DNA of 64,000 nt from an uncultured Trueperaceae bacterium (GTDB lineage: Bacteria > Deinococcota > Deinococci > Deinococcales > Trueperaceae), in the NCBI GenBank assembly GCA_963799485.1, contig CAWCXJ010000008.1, positions 128,001-192,000 of the forward strand, in the 5' to 3' direction. This document shows positions 29,568-39,295 of the stretch, in pieces. Positions within the stretch are counted from its first letter, which is position 1, and each line of letters starts with the position of its first letter. The position numbers were made by a program, and so were the translations under genes. The notes beneath the pieces were generated by a model. It searched no databases and was not told where the DNA came from. It saw only the letters and a program-made list of their open reading frames with translations.

Positions 29568-31365
29568 GCGCGCCAAACGGCAGCGTAAAGAGCATCTCGA
29601 GGCTGTAGTAACTCCGCAACAACCGAAAGAGAACGTAAAACGGCAGATAGGGCAATAGACCGAACTGACGGTACGCGGCAATGACAATCACACTGACCAG
29701 AAACGGCAAACCTACAACAACCGCGACGAGCGCCGCGCCGTGCCGTAAAAAGAGCGCGTCGGGGGTAAAGAAGAGCGTGACGGTGCCGAAGAGCAGAAGC
29801 GGCACCGTAACCGAACGCCGGGCGACCTGAAGCAGGGCCCACGGCAAACTGAAGGTGCCGCGAATCCCTTGCCTTAGCCGCATCGCCGAGCGGTTGCGCG
29901 CCGCCACGTGAAAGGTACTCCGAAACCACCTGAGCCGCTGCTCACGCAGGCCCGCCAGCGTGCGCGGTACCTCCGAATAGACGTGCAGTCCGGGGTCGTT
30001 GATAAGCCGGTAGCCGAGCCGCCCGATCCGCAGCACGATGTCGGTATCTTCGCCGTTGATCTCTTCGGCAAACCCGCCGAGCGTAACCAGGCAGCTGCGG
30101 CGGTAGGCCGAAAAAACCCCGGACAGGCTCAGCACCCCGTCAACAGCGCTCATACCCAGGCGGACAAACCCCTGATTGAGATAAACTTCGGTCGCGCGCA
30201 TTTTGGCGAGCAGCGGGCGCGACTCGAGCGGTAGCGGCAACCCGCTCACCGCGCCCACGCCGTCGTCGGCAAAGTGCGGGATCGTTTTGGCGAGCAGGTT
30301 GGGCGAGACCTGGGTGTCGGCGTCTACCCGGACGACGATATCTTCTTTGATATGACGGAGGCCCATATTCAGCGCTTTCGACTTGCCGGGTTGGGGGCAC
30401 GCCAACACCACCCCGTCGAGCGCCGCGCAGCGCCTGAGCTCAACCTCGGCGAGCGCGCGGGTCAGGTCTTGCGAACCGTTGTCGACTAGATAGAGTTTAC
30501 AGACGCGCCCGTAACGCTGCGCCGCCAGGTCAAGGCTCCGGATACAGTCGACGATATTTTCCGCTTCGTTAAGAGCAGGTACCAAAAACGCGACCGTAAA
30601 ACGAATATCGCCGGTTTTCGCACGCAGTGCCAGCACCTCGACCCCAACCAGAACGGCGGTAAAAATCGGGAAGAAAAGCAGAATTCCGGGGCCGAGCCCG
30701 CCGAGCAGGGCGGCACTCTTGAGAAACGCCAGGGGCACCCCTAGAAGCCCGTTGGCGGCAAACGCAGTGAGTCCGGCAACCACCACAGCAAAGGCGAAGC
30801 GCGCAGGGTAACGCCGCGAACGTCGCCTTTCACGCCCGACCAGCTCGTCAGCCGGAAGTGTCCCCCACCGCAGCAGCAGCCACGAAAACGACCCGAGTAC
30901 GGCAAACCCCAACACGAGGTTGGTCAGAGTGGGCGTAAACGGCGCGCCCAGCAAAGCGTGCAGATTTGCAAAAATGAGGTCGAGCACAAGCGTAAACAGC
31001 GTAAACATCAGGGTCAAACTCGTCAGCAACTTGAGTCGCCACCCCCAGGTTCCGGCCGCAAACAGGCTGAAAGTTAGAAAGAACGCCAGAAAAAAGGGGC
31101 GCAGCCGGAGCGAAAAGGCTGCTTCCGGGATCGTTCCGGTTACGTTCAGGCGGCTCAGCAAGCTCGTGTAGAAGGGTTCGACAACCGGCGACGCCGCGGC
31201 AAAGACAACAAACACCGAGGTCACCACCACGAGAAACGCAGGCAGCAACCAAGGTGAGCGGGATACCGCGAAGTGCGGCGGCGCGCTGTCTATACTATCT
31301 ATAGGTTGCAGCTCAAAATCTTCAAACGCGGTCGGTGCCTGCGTTGGTTTTGGTTCTACGTTCAT
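29533..31365 (-). CDS. processive GT2 glycosyltransferase (PgaC/IcaA-like) with extra N-terminal TM domain
   Basis: VPALNE, VDNGS, GKSKALN, VDAD, GEDTD, QRLRW. Confidence 0.88.
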   Translation of the reverse strand: MNVEPKPTQAPTAFEDFELQPIDSIDSAPPHFAVSRSPWLLPAFLVVVTSVFVVFAAASPVVEPFYTSLLSRLNVTGTIPEAAFSLRLRPFFLAFFLTFSLFAAGTWGWRLKLLTSLTLMFTLFTLVLDLIFANLHALLGAPFTPTLTNLVLGFAVLGSFSWLLLRWGTLPADELVGRERRRSRRYPARFAFAVVVAGLTAFAANGLLGVPLAFLKSAALLGGLGPGILLFFPIFTAVLVGVEVLALRAKTGDIRFTVAFLVPALNEAENIVDCIRSLDLAAQRYGRVCKLYLVDNGSQDLTRALAEVELRRCAALDGVVLACPQPGKSKALNMGLRHIKEDIVVRVDADTQVSPNLLAKTIPHFADDGVGAVSGLPLPLESRPLLAKMRATEVYLNQGFVRLGMSAVDGVLSLSGVFSAYRRSCLVTLGGFAEEINGEDTDIVLRIGRLGYRLINDPGLHVYSEVPRTLAGLREQRLRWFRSTFHVAARNRSAMRLRQGIRGTFSLPWALLQVARRSVTVPLLLFGTVTLFFTPDALFLRHGAALVAVVVGLPFLVSVIVIAAYRQFGLLPYLPFYVLFRLLRSYYSLEMLFTLPFGAPKARRRRSAPR

Positions 31366-31467
31366 GGTGTCTCCTACTTCGGCCTGTCAACGCTGACCAA
31401 CCCGAGTCTACCGTTGGGTCTCTGATCTGGAATAACCGGCCGAACGCGCGCACAAAACGCTCGAGCC

Positions 31468-31496
31468 TTGAAGCGTCCGGACAGATTGTATAGACT
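31468..31496 (+). promoter_or_regulatory. sigma70-type promoter for tRNA-Arg
   Basis: TTGAAG-N17-TAGACT. Confidence 0.65.
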
Positions 31497-31505
31497 AAAC
31501 CGTAT

Positions 31506-31582
31506 GCGCCCGTAGCTCAGTAGGATAGAGCAGGGGACTCCTAAGCCCAAGGTCATCCGTTCGATTCGGATCGGGCGCACCA
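31506..31582 (+). tRNA. tRNA-Arg(CCT)
   Basis: GCGCCCGTAGCTCAGTAGGATAGAGC..CT-CCT-AA..GTTCGATTC..CGGGCGCACCA. Confidence 0.96.
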
Positions 31583-31745
31583 TAAGAGCTACGTTATAGA
31601 CGCAAGCTTAAGCCCTGCTGAAGAGCGGGGTGGTTGCCTTGGGCAATTTAAGACTATCTCATAACTACTTGCCGCTTTACGGTTTCTTCTGTCGCTGACG
31701 ATAAAAAGCCCGGCAGCGAGACAGCCCTGTTTGCTCTTGACTCTT

Positions 31746-31795
31746 CAAAAAGCGAGGGTACACGCCTAGAAGGAAGCTATGGCGTGTACACCTCA
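31746..31795 (-). terminator. terminator of subtilase gene
   Basis: gtacacgcc..ggcgtgtac stem, then T5 on minus strand. Confidence 0.55.
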
Positions 31796-31835
31796 AACGT
31801 TCAGCTGATGCTATCTGTGCCAAACACCCTTACTA

Positions 31836-33182
31836 CTACTGAACAACATTTTCGAGAAACGTTTCGATATCGAGCCCACCCTTACCGATACCATCTTTGT
31901 ATGCTTTGTTCCGACCGTTATGGTAAAGATCGTCCGTTTGGTTCATGAGCTCGTCGGCAAGCTTTTTGCGGTCCACTTTGAGCGGCTCTCCCAGCGCGAG
32001 CGCCAGCGCACCCGAGGCCATCGGTGCCGCCTGTGAAGTGCCCGTCCAGGCAGCTAAACTCAGCTCTGGCGCTGGACCGAACACGCGCTCACCCGGCGCA
32101 GCCAGTTCGACTTCTTTACCGTAGGTGGCAAAACCGGACTTGACGCCGGTCAGGTCAATACTCGTAACGCTCGTTCGTAAACGTCCAGGTCCACCGTTTG
32201 CTCTGGAGGCAGGGAAAGTAACCTTTTTGTCACCCGTGTTGCCGCTCGAGGCTACGACGAATACACCTTGTTTATTAGCCCATTTGATGGCTTCCTCGAC
32301 CGCTTTAATCTTCGCGTCGCTGCCGAGCGAGAGGTTGATCACGTCGGCGCCCTTGTCGGTAGCCCACTGAATAGCAGCTGTAAGGTCGTCTACGTCTCCT
32401 TCACCGTCAGGGTCAAGCACCCGAATAGGCAAGATCGTAGCGCGCGGCGCGACCTGGCGGATGATGCCCGCTACGTTAGTGCCGTGTCCATAACCGTCCG
32501 CGTTTAAGCTCCCCTCTTCTTGGGGAAGGTTGTCGTTGTCTACAAAGTCTTTCCATTCCGAAGCCGGTGCAAGGGCCTCTGCCAGTGCTGGGTGAGAAAG
32601 GTCGATGCCGGTGTCGATCACCGCCACCTTGACGTTGTAGCCCAAGTTCTTGGCTAAAGCCTGGCCTTGCTCGAGGTGAACCTGTTTCCAGATCGCCGTA
32701 TTTTCGGGCATCCAGAGGTACTGACCGTCCGACCAGAGTTCAGCCCCGCCCCCCGCCCAAGTACGTGACCTGCCGCCGGCCCAGGTACGCGACCTGCCAC
32801 CGGCCCAAGTGCGCGAACGCCCGTTCATCCAGGCGACTTCCCCACCCGCCAAGAAGGCGTCCCGGCTCTCCTCGACGGTAAGGTCTGCCCACACGTCATC
32901 ACCTGCGGCGTCCGCTTGAACGCTTAAAGTGCTCTCGAGTCCTACAACGGCGTATACCCCCGGCTGCCAAACGACGACCTCACCGCCATAACGCTGTGCG
33001 ATGTTCGCGCGTGTGTCGCCCGGTTCTAGCATTACAGTCAGCACGTAGTCGGGCCGCGACGTACTTGTGCGCGGGCCGACAGGTGCCGAAATCTGACAGC
33101 CGGTCATAAACAGTAAGAGTGTAGCCGCAAGAAGATAATAGTTCCTCCGACCGTAACGAAGACGTAAAAGATGAAGATCCAC
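31836..33182 (-). CDS. S8 subtilase lipoprotein with (RSRTWAGG)3 in the pro-region
   Basis: lipobox MTGC; triad VIDTG, GHGT, GTSQAAP; AAGGAG RBS. Confidence 0.92.
   Translation of the reverse strand: MDLHLLRLRYGRRNYYLLAATLLLFMTGCQISAPVGPRTSTSRPDYVLTVMLEPGDTRANIAQRYGGEVVVWQPGVYAVVGLESTLSVQADAAGDDVWADLTVEESRDAFLAGGEVAWMNGRSRTWAGGRSRTWAGGRSRTWAGGGAELWSDGQYLWMPENTAIWKQVHLEQGQALAKNLGYNVKVAVIDTGIDLSHPALAEALAPASEWKDFVDNDNLPQEEGSLNADGYGHGTNVAGIIRQVAPRATILPIRVLDPDGEGDVDDLTAAIQWATDKGADVINLSLGSDAKIKAVEEAIKWANKQGVFVVASSGNTGDKKVTFPASRANGGPGRLRTSVTSIDLTGVKSGFATYGKEVELAAPGERVFGPAPELSLAAWTGTSQAAPMASGALALALGEPLKVDRKKLADELMNQTDDLYHNGRNKAYKDGIGKGGLDIETFLENVVQ
32748..32819 (-). repeat. 3 x 24-bp coding repeat (RSRTWAGG)
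   Basis: identical peptides, synonymously diverged codons. Confidence 0.9.
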
Positions 33183-33238
33183 TCACTACTCCTTTGGTGG
33201 TTGCCAACGGGTGATATTCTGCTCCGCTGCCCAAAAAG

Positions 33239-33271
33239 AGTCTAGAACGCAGAATCTGACAAAATTCTTAC
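33239..33271 (-). promoter_or_regulatory. GTAAG-N6-GTCAG-N11-TAGACT promoter of subtilase
   Basis: 15/16 inverted copy of 33323-33338. Confidence 0.75.
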
Positions 33272-33322
33272 GCTTCAGCACTACTTCTGCGACCGTGCTA
33301 TGAGAACCGGTTTTACCGTTCT

Positions 33323-33355
33323 GTAAGAGTTTTGTCAGCGTGTCTCAGATAGTGT
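33323..33355 (+). promoter_or_regulatory. GTAAG-N6-GTCAG-N11-TAGTGT promoter of TPR/HD-GYP/GGDEF gene
   Basis: same geometry as three other sites. Confidence 0.75.
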
Positions 33356-33357
33356 GC

Positions 33358-33386
33358 TGGTGCGGCTCACGTCTTGAGCCGCACCA
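33358..33386 (+). other. 12-bp perfect hairpin at the start of the leader
   Basis: tggtgcggctca-cgtct-tgagccgcacca. Confidence 0.6.
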
Positions 33387-33476
33387 TTCCAAGTACCCAG
33401 GGGATTTCAATGCGGAGGTACAACATTTTTAGGCGCAAGCGCAGGTTGTTTCAACACGCCACTACGGGTCGCAATC

Positions 33477-35939
33477 ATGTTGGATAGTTTGTCAGATCTG
33501 GTGGCAGCGGAGACAGCCAGTGTAGCTATCTCGGATCTAACACTGAAACATCTGTTCGAGGCTGCTTTAGCGGCAGGTCGTACTTACCGTAAACTGGGTG
33601 ACTTCGAAGGAGCAGCTGAACAGTTTTCTGTCGCCCTTGCGTTGGCTAAACAGTTAAAGGATGCTGGAGCCGAGGCCGATACACTAAATCTACAAGCCGG
33701 TCTGTGGAGTACAACCGGAGACACACCACGGGCATTAGCAGCTTTGGAACGTGCGCTCGAACTGGTACAAGATTCCAGATTCGGGGACCGTCAAGCCAAT
33801 ATCTTGAACAATATGGGCACGTTACATACCGTACTAGGCAACTATCCACAAGCTCTAGAATATCTTAAAAGCGCACACGACCTCTTACGAACCGTCGCCC
33901 CACGGTCCCGGAGTTCGGCGAGCAATCTGACTAATCTGGGCAGCCTCTACCAGGAATTGGGTGACTCTTCCGAAGCAAAAAATTTTTTTACCCAGGCTGT
34001 CGAGGTTGCCCAAACTGCGGGTGAACCTTTGATGGCTGCAGCTGCCCTCAACAACCTCGCTTACACCCATGCTGATGCCGGGGAGTGGCTGTTAGCGAAA
34101 GGCTACTTTCAAAAGGCGCTGACGATCAGCCAAGATGTGGGGGCTAAAGAGTACGAAATTGATAATCTCGACGGCTTAGGACGGGTCTACGCCGCTTTGA
34201 AAGATGTCGACCACGCCAGAAGAATCCATGAGGCTGTTTTAGGTAAAGCTCGAGAGATTGGCTACCTAGAAGGTGAGGGTGACGCACTACTAAACTTAGG
34301 ACGAAACTATTTAGCTCAATGTCAACCCGTACAGGCGCTTGAGTTCTTGCGTCAGGGTCTCAAGATTGCCGAGCAGCTCGAACGCCCGGTTTCGGTGTAC
34401 GAAGCGCATGAGCTGCTCGCTCAGGCATATGAGGAAACTGGCGATTTTGCCAGGGCGCTTCACCATCAGCGGGCTTATCAAGAGACGGAAAAGGCGGTTT
34501 ACAACGAGGAGAACGAGCGCCAAGCCCGTAGACTGACCTTGCAGTTTGACCTCGAGCGGGCGCGCCGTGAAGCCGAAGATTACCGCCTCCGTAACGAAAT
34601 CACCCAACAAGCTCGGGAAGATGCCGAAGCGACGGTTCGTGAGCGCACCCGCGAACTTGAAGAGGCGCAGCTCGAGATCGTCACGCGTTTAGCGGTTGCC
34701 GCTGAGTACCGTGACGACAACACAGGCGAGCATACGAGGCGCGTCGGACGTAACGCTGCTGCGATTGCCCACGCCTTGGGTTGGCCCGAAGACAAGGTGC
34801 AGCTCTTGTTTACGGCTGCCAGGCTTCACGATGTCGGCAAAATCGCGATAAGCGACCTTATCCTGCACAAACCGGGGAAGCTGGAGCCCGAAGAAATTAC
34901 CCTGATGAAGACCCACGCCGTGATCGGCGCACGCATCTTGTCCGGGGGTCACTCGCCGCTTTTACAGATGGCTGAAGAAATCGCCCTTGCCCATCATGAA
35001 CGCTGGGACGGTAAGGGCTACCCTTTAGGACTTTCGGGCGACGCGATTCCGCTATCTGCTCGTATCGTGGCTGTAGCTGACGTCCTCGACGCCCTGACGC
35101 ACGAGCGTCCTTACAAAAGGCCGTGGCCGGTAGCGGAGGCGTTAGCTGAGATAGGTCGGCAGAGCGGACATCACTTCGACCCACGCGTCGTAAAGGCTTG
35201 CTTTATGACCTTCGGCCCGGGTCAGGCGCTTTCTCCTACCGATGATCCGGCAGACTGGCCGGATACAGCTCGGCGTCTAGCCAGAGTTCCGTCGTTCCTG
35301 TCTTTACCGTATCAAGCAGAGTTGGAAGCTGCAAACTCGGTAGAGCGGCTTAAAAAGCTTTTAGCAAAAGCGGTTCAAGAACTCGAGACAAGCCGGCGTG
35401 AAGCGAAAGCGGCGTCTTTGCAGATGCATGAAATGGCGTTCACTGACCCTTTGACCGGACTCTATAATCGCCGGGCTTTTGAAGCAGACCTCGAGACCGA
35501 GGCGGCGCGTGTGCTGCATTACGGCGACCGTCTAAGTGTTCTCAACCTCGACCTAGATATGCTCAAACAGGTCAACGACGCTGAAGGCCACAAGCGCGGC
35601 GACGCGCTGTTATGCAGCTTCGCCAAGGCTGCTAGTGAACATTTGCGGGAGTGGGGCAGGCTTTACCGGGTCGGCGGTGATGAGTTTGCAGCTATCCTTG
35701 TACACACGGGAATACCACATTTTGAGGTAGTTCGTACCCGACTAGATCAGGCGGTAGCTGAGCTTAGAAAAACAGACTTTCCACAAGCGAGTGTCAGCAT
35801 GGGTATCGTCGCATTTCCCGAAGAGGTCTCTACAACTGGAGACCTGATACGTCTCGGTGACCAACGTATGTACAACGACAAGCTAAAAAGGCGCGAGTTA
35901 CGGTCTCGGTTGCACCCTTCTAAGCAAGGTGCTGAGTAG
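33477..35939 (+). CDS. TPR-repeat / HD-GYP phosphodiesterase / GGDEF diguanylate cyclase protein
   Basis: TPR helices (LNNMG, LTNLG, LNNLA, LLNLG); [34 protein letters not shown]. Confidence 0.93.
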   Translation: MLDSLSDLVAAETASVAISDLTLKHLFEAALAAGRTYRKLGDFEGAAEQFSVALALAKQLKDAGAEADTLNLQAGLWSTTGDTPRALAALERALELVQDSRFGDRQANILNNMGTLHTVLGNYPQALEYLKSAHDLLRTVAPRSRSSASNLTNLGSLYQELGDSSEAKNFFTQAVEVAQTAGEPLMAAAALNNLAYTHADAGEWLLAKGYFQKALTISQDVGAKEYEIDNLDGLGRVYAALKDVDHARRIHEAVLGKAREIGYLEGEGDALLNLGRNYLAQCQPVQALEFLRQGLKIAEQLERPVSVYEAHELLAQAYEETGDFARALHHQRAYQETEKAVYNEENERQARRLTLQFDLERARREAEDYRLRNEITQQAREDAEATVRERTRELEEAQLEIVTRLAVAAEYRDDNTGEHTRRVGRNAAAIAHALGWPEDKVQLLFTAARLHDVGKIAISDLILHKPGKLEPEEITLMKTHAVIGARILSGGHSPLLQMAEEIALAHHERWDGKGYPLGLSGDAIPLSARIVAVADVLDALTHERPYKRPWPVAEALAEIGRQSGHHFDPRVVKACFMTFGPGQALSPTDDPADWPDTARRLARVPSFLSLPYQAELEAANSVERLKKLLAKAVQELETSRREAKAASLQMHEMAFTDPLTGLYNRRAFEADLETEAARVLHYGDRLSVLNLDLDMLKQVNDAEGHKRGDALLCSFAKAASEHLREWGRLYRVGGDEFAAILVHTGIPHFEVVRTRLDQAVAELRKTDFPQASVSMGIVAFPEEVSTTGDLIRLGDQRMYNDKLKRRELRSRLHPSKQGAE

Positions 35940-36427
35940 TGCTCATGCTTACAAGAGCGTTATGGAACAGCATTTCCAAGAGGGGTTGCACCAAATATTG
36001 TCGTAGAATGTACGTGCTGGTCAGTGAAATCTAAACGGAGAGCGTTGCTGACCAGATGATACCTGGCTAGAATATGCAACCTGACAAGCGTGAAGACCCT
36101 CTAGCGAAAGATTTTCAAAGATGCAAAGAGCAGCCCCGCTACCGGGTGGTGTGATTTACTGCTTGGCTACTGCTAAAAGGCTCTAATCTACTGTTCTTGC
36201 GTCGCATTGCGGTGGAAAAGCAAGAAGGCGCTGTTCGCCCGCTGCTCTTCAAACGTATACACGTCCAGAGTGAATGAGGCTCGAGCGTGCGCTAAGCGGT
36301 CGGCTGACACCTTGGAGCCTGATCGCCTTAACGTAGTAGATAGGGTGCCGGAAGCCGTGAAGGCAAGTCCATATCATCAGGCCGCTCGAGCCGTTTTTAG
36401 CAGCGCCCGTGCTAGACTGGCCTGCTT

Positions 36428-37267
36428 ATGAGAGTCGGCTTTATTACCCAACTACTGTGGTCTCGCTACGGCAATTTTTGGACAAAACTCGTTTCGGGCA
36501 CCGGTCTGGAACCCGTATACGCCGACGACGACGCGGTGCGGCGCGCACTTGCCGATACGCGCCTCGAGGCCGTCCCCGGTAGCGCCTTCCGACTTGCGGC
36601 GGCGCAGGCGCTTGCCCTAAACGCCGAGGTGATCTTGGCCCCTGAACTAAACCCCGGCGAGAGCGCGACCCGTGGCGGCGGGCAAGACGCCTTTATCGCC
36701 GACTTTCCGGACGCGCTGCGGGCGACGCTGGGCGGCCTGCCGCCGGTTATCGGGGTTCCGGCGTCGCTGGCAGGCGAAGGGCTGGAATCTCTGGTTGTCA
36801 GTACGCTCCTCAAGCTGACCCACGATCCCGGTCTGGTACGGCGCGTGTGGGAGCGTCACCGCACGCAGGTGAAAACGCCCCGCCTCCCGGAACCCCGCTG
36901 GCGGGTGCGCCCCTCAGAAGGTGGTACTGTCGGCGTGATCGGTCAGCCGTGGCTGCTGAGTGACGCTCTGGTAAAGCGCGTCGCCGGGGAGAGTCACTTC
37001 GTGTCACAACATCAGCTCGAGCCCACGCCCCTGCGTGCAGAGGGCCGCCGCGTCGCTGAACGGCTGGTGAGTACCGACCTCGAGGTGCTGGGTGCGGCGC
37101 GCTTTTTGGGGCGTAAAGGCAGTGTCGAACGCCTCGTAGTGGTCGCCGACGAAACGGTCGCCGCAGACGCGTTTCTCGTCGCGCAGGTGCAGAAAATCGT
37201 TTACAAACCGCTCTCGGTCGCCTATGTGCAGCGCCTCGGTGCGCCCGAAGTCCTCAGGCGGCCCTAG
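36428..37267 (+). CDS. hypothetical protein (DUF2229/CoA-activase-related fold possible)
   Basis: MRVGFITQLLWSRYGNFW and VGVIGQPWLL resemble dehydratase-associated modules. Confidence 0.6.
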   Translation: MRVGFITQLLWSRYGNFWTKLVSGTGLEPVYADDDAVRRALADTRLEAVPGSAFRLAAAQALALNAEVILAPELNPGESATRGGGQDAFIADFPDALRATLGGLPPVIGVPASLAGEGLESLVVSTLLKLTHDPGLVRRVWERHRTQVKTPRLPEPRWRVRPSEGGTVGVIGQPWLLSDALVKRVAGESHFVSQHQLEPTPLRAEGRRVAERLVSTDLEVLGAARFLGRKGSVERLVVVADETVAADAFLVAQVQKIVYKPLSVAYVQRLGAPEVLRRP

Positions 37268-37593
37268 TGCCGTTGCTGGCGTTTCTGGCAACTTTTGCCT
37301 ACGCGCTGATCAACGCCTTTGGGGCGTGGCTGGTGAGCCGCCGGAAACCGTGGCTTGCGGGTCTATTTATGCTCTCTGCCGTCATTTTAGTCATCGCTGC
37401 CGCCGCGTTTATCGCGAGCATCCCCTATACCCGCGTCATTCTGGTGGTCGGGCTGGTAGCGGCGTCGGTGTCGTCTTATCTAAACGCAGAGATTGTCATC
37501 GGGCGGGTTGTCTGGCGTAATCACGTGCTCCGCGCACTTGCCGCGTTCGGGATTTACCTGCTCGGTGAGCTGGCGGTGCGCTATCCGTTTTAA
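37267..37593 (+). CDS. hypothetical membrane protein
   Basis: four hydrophobic segments; start overlaps the upstream stop. Confidence 0.75.
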   Translation: MPLLAFLATFAYALINAFGAWLVSRRKPWLAGLFMLSAVILVIAAAAFIASIPYTRVILVVGLVAASVSSYLNAEIVIGRVVWRNHVLRALAAFGIYLLGELAVRYPF

Positions 37594-37609
37594 CGCCTTG
37601 CGTTAGCCT

Positions 37610-37846
37610 CTACTCACCGAAAAGTTTTTTGAGCGCGTCCTCTTTGTTGGTTTTCGTTACGGCGAAATAGCGTTCGTTATCGACCTCGAGCTGTCCACGC
37701 GCTACGAGTTTATCGAGCGCGTCGCCGATAACCTTGACCGACAGCTCCTCAAAGTGGTGCTCATCTATGTAGCGCTGCACTTCACGCAAGGACGAGCCGT
37801 GCGGGGTGGCGCGGACTGCCTCTAGAACCCAGTCATTGACGTTCAT
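37610..37846 (-). CDS. small hypothetical protein, winged-helix-like
   Basis: leaderless TATACT-N6-ATG; helix-turn-helix-wing-like pattern. Confidence 0.7.
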   Translation of the reverse strand: MNVNDWVLEAVRATPHGSSLREVQRYIDEHHFEELSVKVIGDALDKLVARGQLEVDNERYFAVTKTNKEDALKKLFGE

Positions 37847-38115
37847 GGGGTTAGTATATGACTCGCTAGTAGATAGCTTTCAATCATGTGTACTCCCAGA
37901 CTGTCGGTTTAACGTGCCTTCAGAAATGTTTACTAATGTGACTAACATGAGTAAAAAGAGAAAAAAGATTAAGAACCAATTAAAAACATTAGTTGCATAA
38001 TAGGATTAAAATCCTTTATACTTACAGAGCATTAAAATTCCCTTCGATTAAGGAGTACAATTCGCAATTCGGCATACACCTTTAGTTATAAGGCTATAGG
38101 CGAGGGGAGTTAAAT

Positions 38116-38232
38116 GTCAAGAAACACGCTGGGTCAAGAAACACGCTGGGTCAAGAAACACGCTGGGTCAAGAAACACGCTGGGTCAAGAAACACGCTGG
38201 GTCAAGAAACACGCTGGGTCAAGAAACACGCT
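38116..38232 (+). repeat. 17-bp perfect tandem repeat GTCAAGAAACACGCTGG x6 plus 15-nt partial
   Basis: contiguous identical units with no spacers, starting within ATG 38114. Confidence 0.97.
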
Positions 38233-38250
38233 AAGACTGTTCTAATCGGA

Positions 38251-39285
38251 ATGCTCTTAGCTATAACGTTGGCTGCTTGCGGAAAAGTAGCGAGTCCAAA
38301 CGAAGCTGTCTCTGCCTCTCCAACAACCAGTGCCGGTTTTATCCCGCAGTACATGCCGGATGCAGAGTTTGCTGTCGCCTCAGAGCTTTCTTCCCAGAGC
38401 TTAGATGCAGCAGAAACACGCATAGACCTCATGGTTGCGCGCAAACACACCTTCAGTAACGGTCAAACCTTTGAATACACTACAATTGGAAATTCGGTTG
38501 TGGACGCCGACGTGATATTCGGTACGACAGAGGAACTCGAAGGAGCTTTCCAGAAGTACGAAGCTTATCTTGCAGAGGGGAACCCCCCGTTGACGCCGCA
38601 AGGTGCCATGTACGACCCCTACTGTGATGTTAGAGTTGTCTTTTGTTTTGTCACGGCTGGGAAAAAATGGGCAACAAACGGGACAACAAATGTTGTCTAC
38701 TTTGACCCACGAACACTCGACCAGTTCACTACAGCGCAGCGGACTCTTATAAGAGATGCCATGCAGCACATAACAGATAAAACGAACGTCGGGTTTCAAG
38801 CTTCTTACGGTGTGGGCAACAGGATTGAGTTTAAGAAAGCAGATGAAGGATGCCACAGCCGCGCAGGGATGGTTGGCGGAGCCCAAACATTAAATCTACA
38901 AGTTCCGAAAGCAAGTAATAATTATGGTTCCTGTTTTGTTAATTCTGACCGCTCGGCAGGTTTCGGCACAATTGCCCACGAACTCGGGCACGCTATGGGA
39001 CTGATGCACGAACACTCACGTACCGACCGTGACAGCAAGATTGATGTTTTGGTCAACAACCTTACGCCAAAAGGCTTAGACATCATGTCTCAGAAGTACG
39101 CACACCAGACGAGAACAGTCTACGACTACGCCTCAATTATGCACTATGAGAGAATTACATCTGACCCATCGTTTGTCAAATGGTCGGGGCTTACCATTTT
39201 TACTACGAAAGGCTACGGTGGGCGTGTCGGTAACAACAGGCTAACTTCTCTTGATGTTCAGGCCATCAATCAACGTTACCCATAA
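38251..39285 (+). CDS. M12A astacin-like zinc metallopeptidase lipoprotein (SD-led start 38114 out of frame)
   Basis: LAAC lipobox, HELGHAMGLMHEHSRTDRD, Met-turn SIMHY. Confidence 0.9.
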   Translation: MLLAITLAACGKVASPNEAVSASPTTSAGFIPQYMPDAEFAVASELSSQSLDAAETRIDLMVARKHTFSNGQTFEYTTIGNSVVDADVIFGTTEELEGAFQKYEAYLAEGNPPLTPQGAMYDPYCDVRVVFCFVTAGKKWATNGTTNVVYFDPRTLDQFTTAQRTLIRDAMQHITDKTNVGFQASYGVGNRIEFKKADEGCHSRAGMVGGAQTLNLQVPKASNNYGSCFVNSDRSAGFGTIAHELGHAMGLMHEHSRTDRDSKIDVLVNNLTPKGLDIMSQKYAHQTRTVYDYASIMHYERITSDPSFVKWSGLTIFTTKGYGGRVGNNRLTSLDVQAINQRYP

Positions 39286-39295
39286 GGGAGCTTTT

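Noticed and set aside
31560..36400. Integrative element at tRNA-Arg
   Set aside because: Composition shifts, but I found no integrase and no convincing duplicate of the tRNA 3' end; gcacca at 33381 belongs to a hairpin.
35990..36427. Hairpin ctggtcag..ctgaccag (~36018-36056), two TAGAAT boxes and ORF 36207-36431
   Set aside because: No terminator, RBS or recognisable product; too little to call an RNA or gene.
38116..38232. Possible CRISPR array
   Set aside because: Units are contiguous, only 17 bp, with no spacers and no cas genes; it is a tandem repeat.
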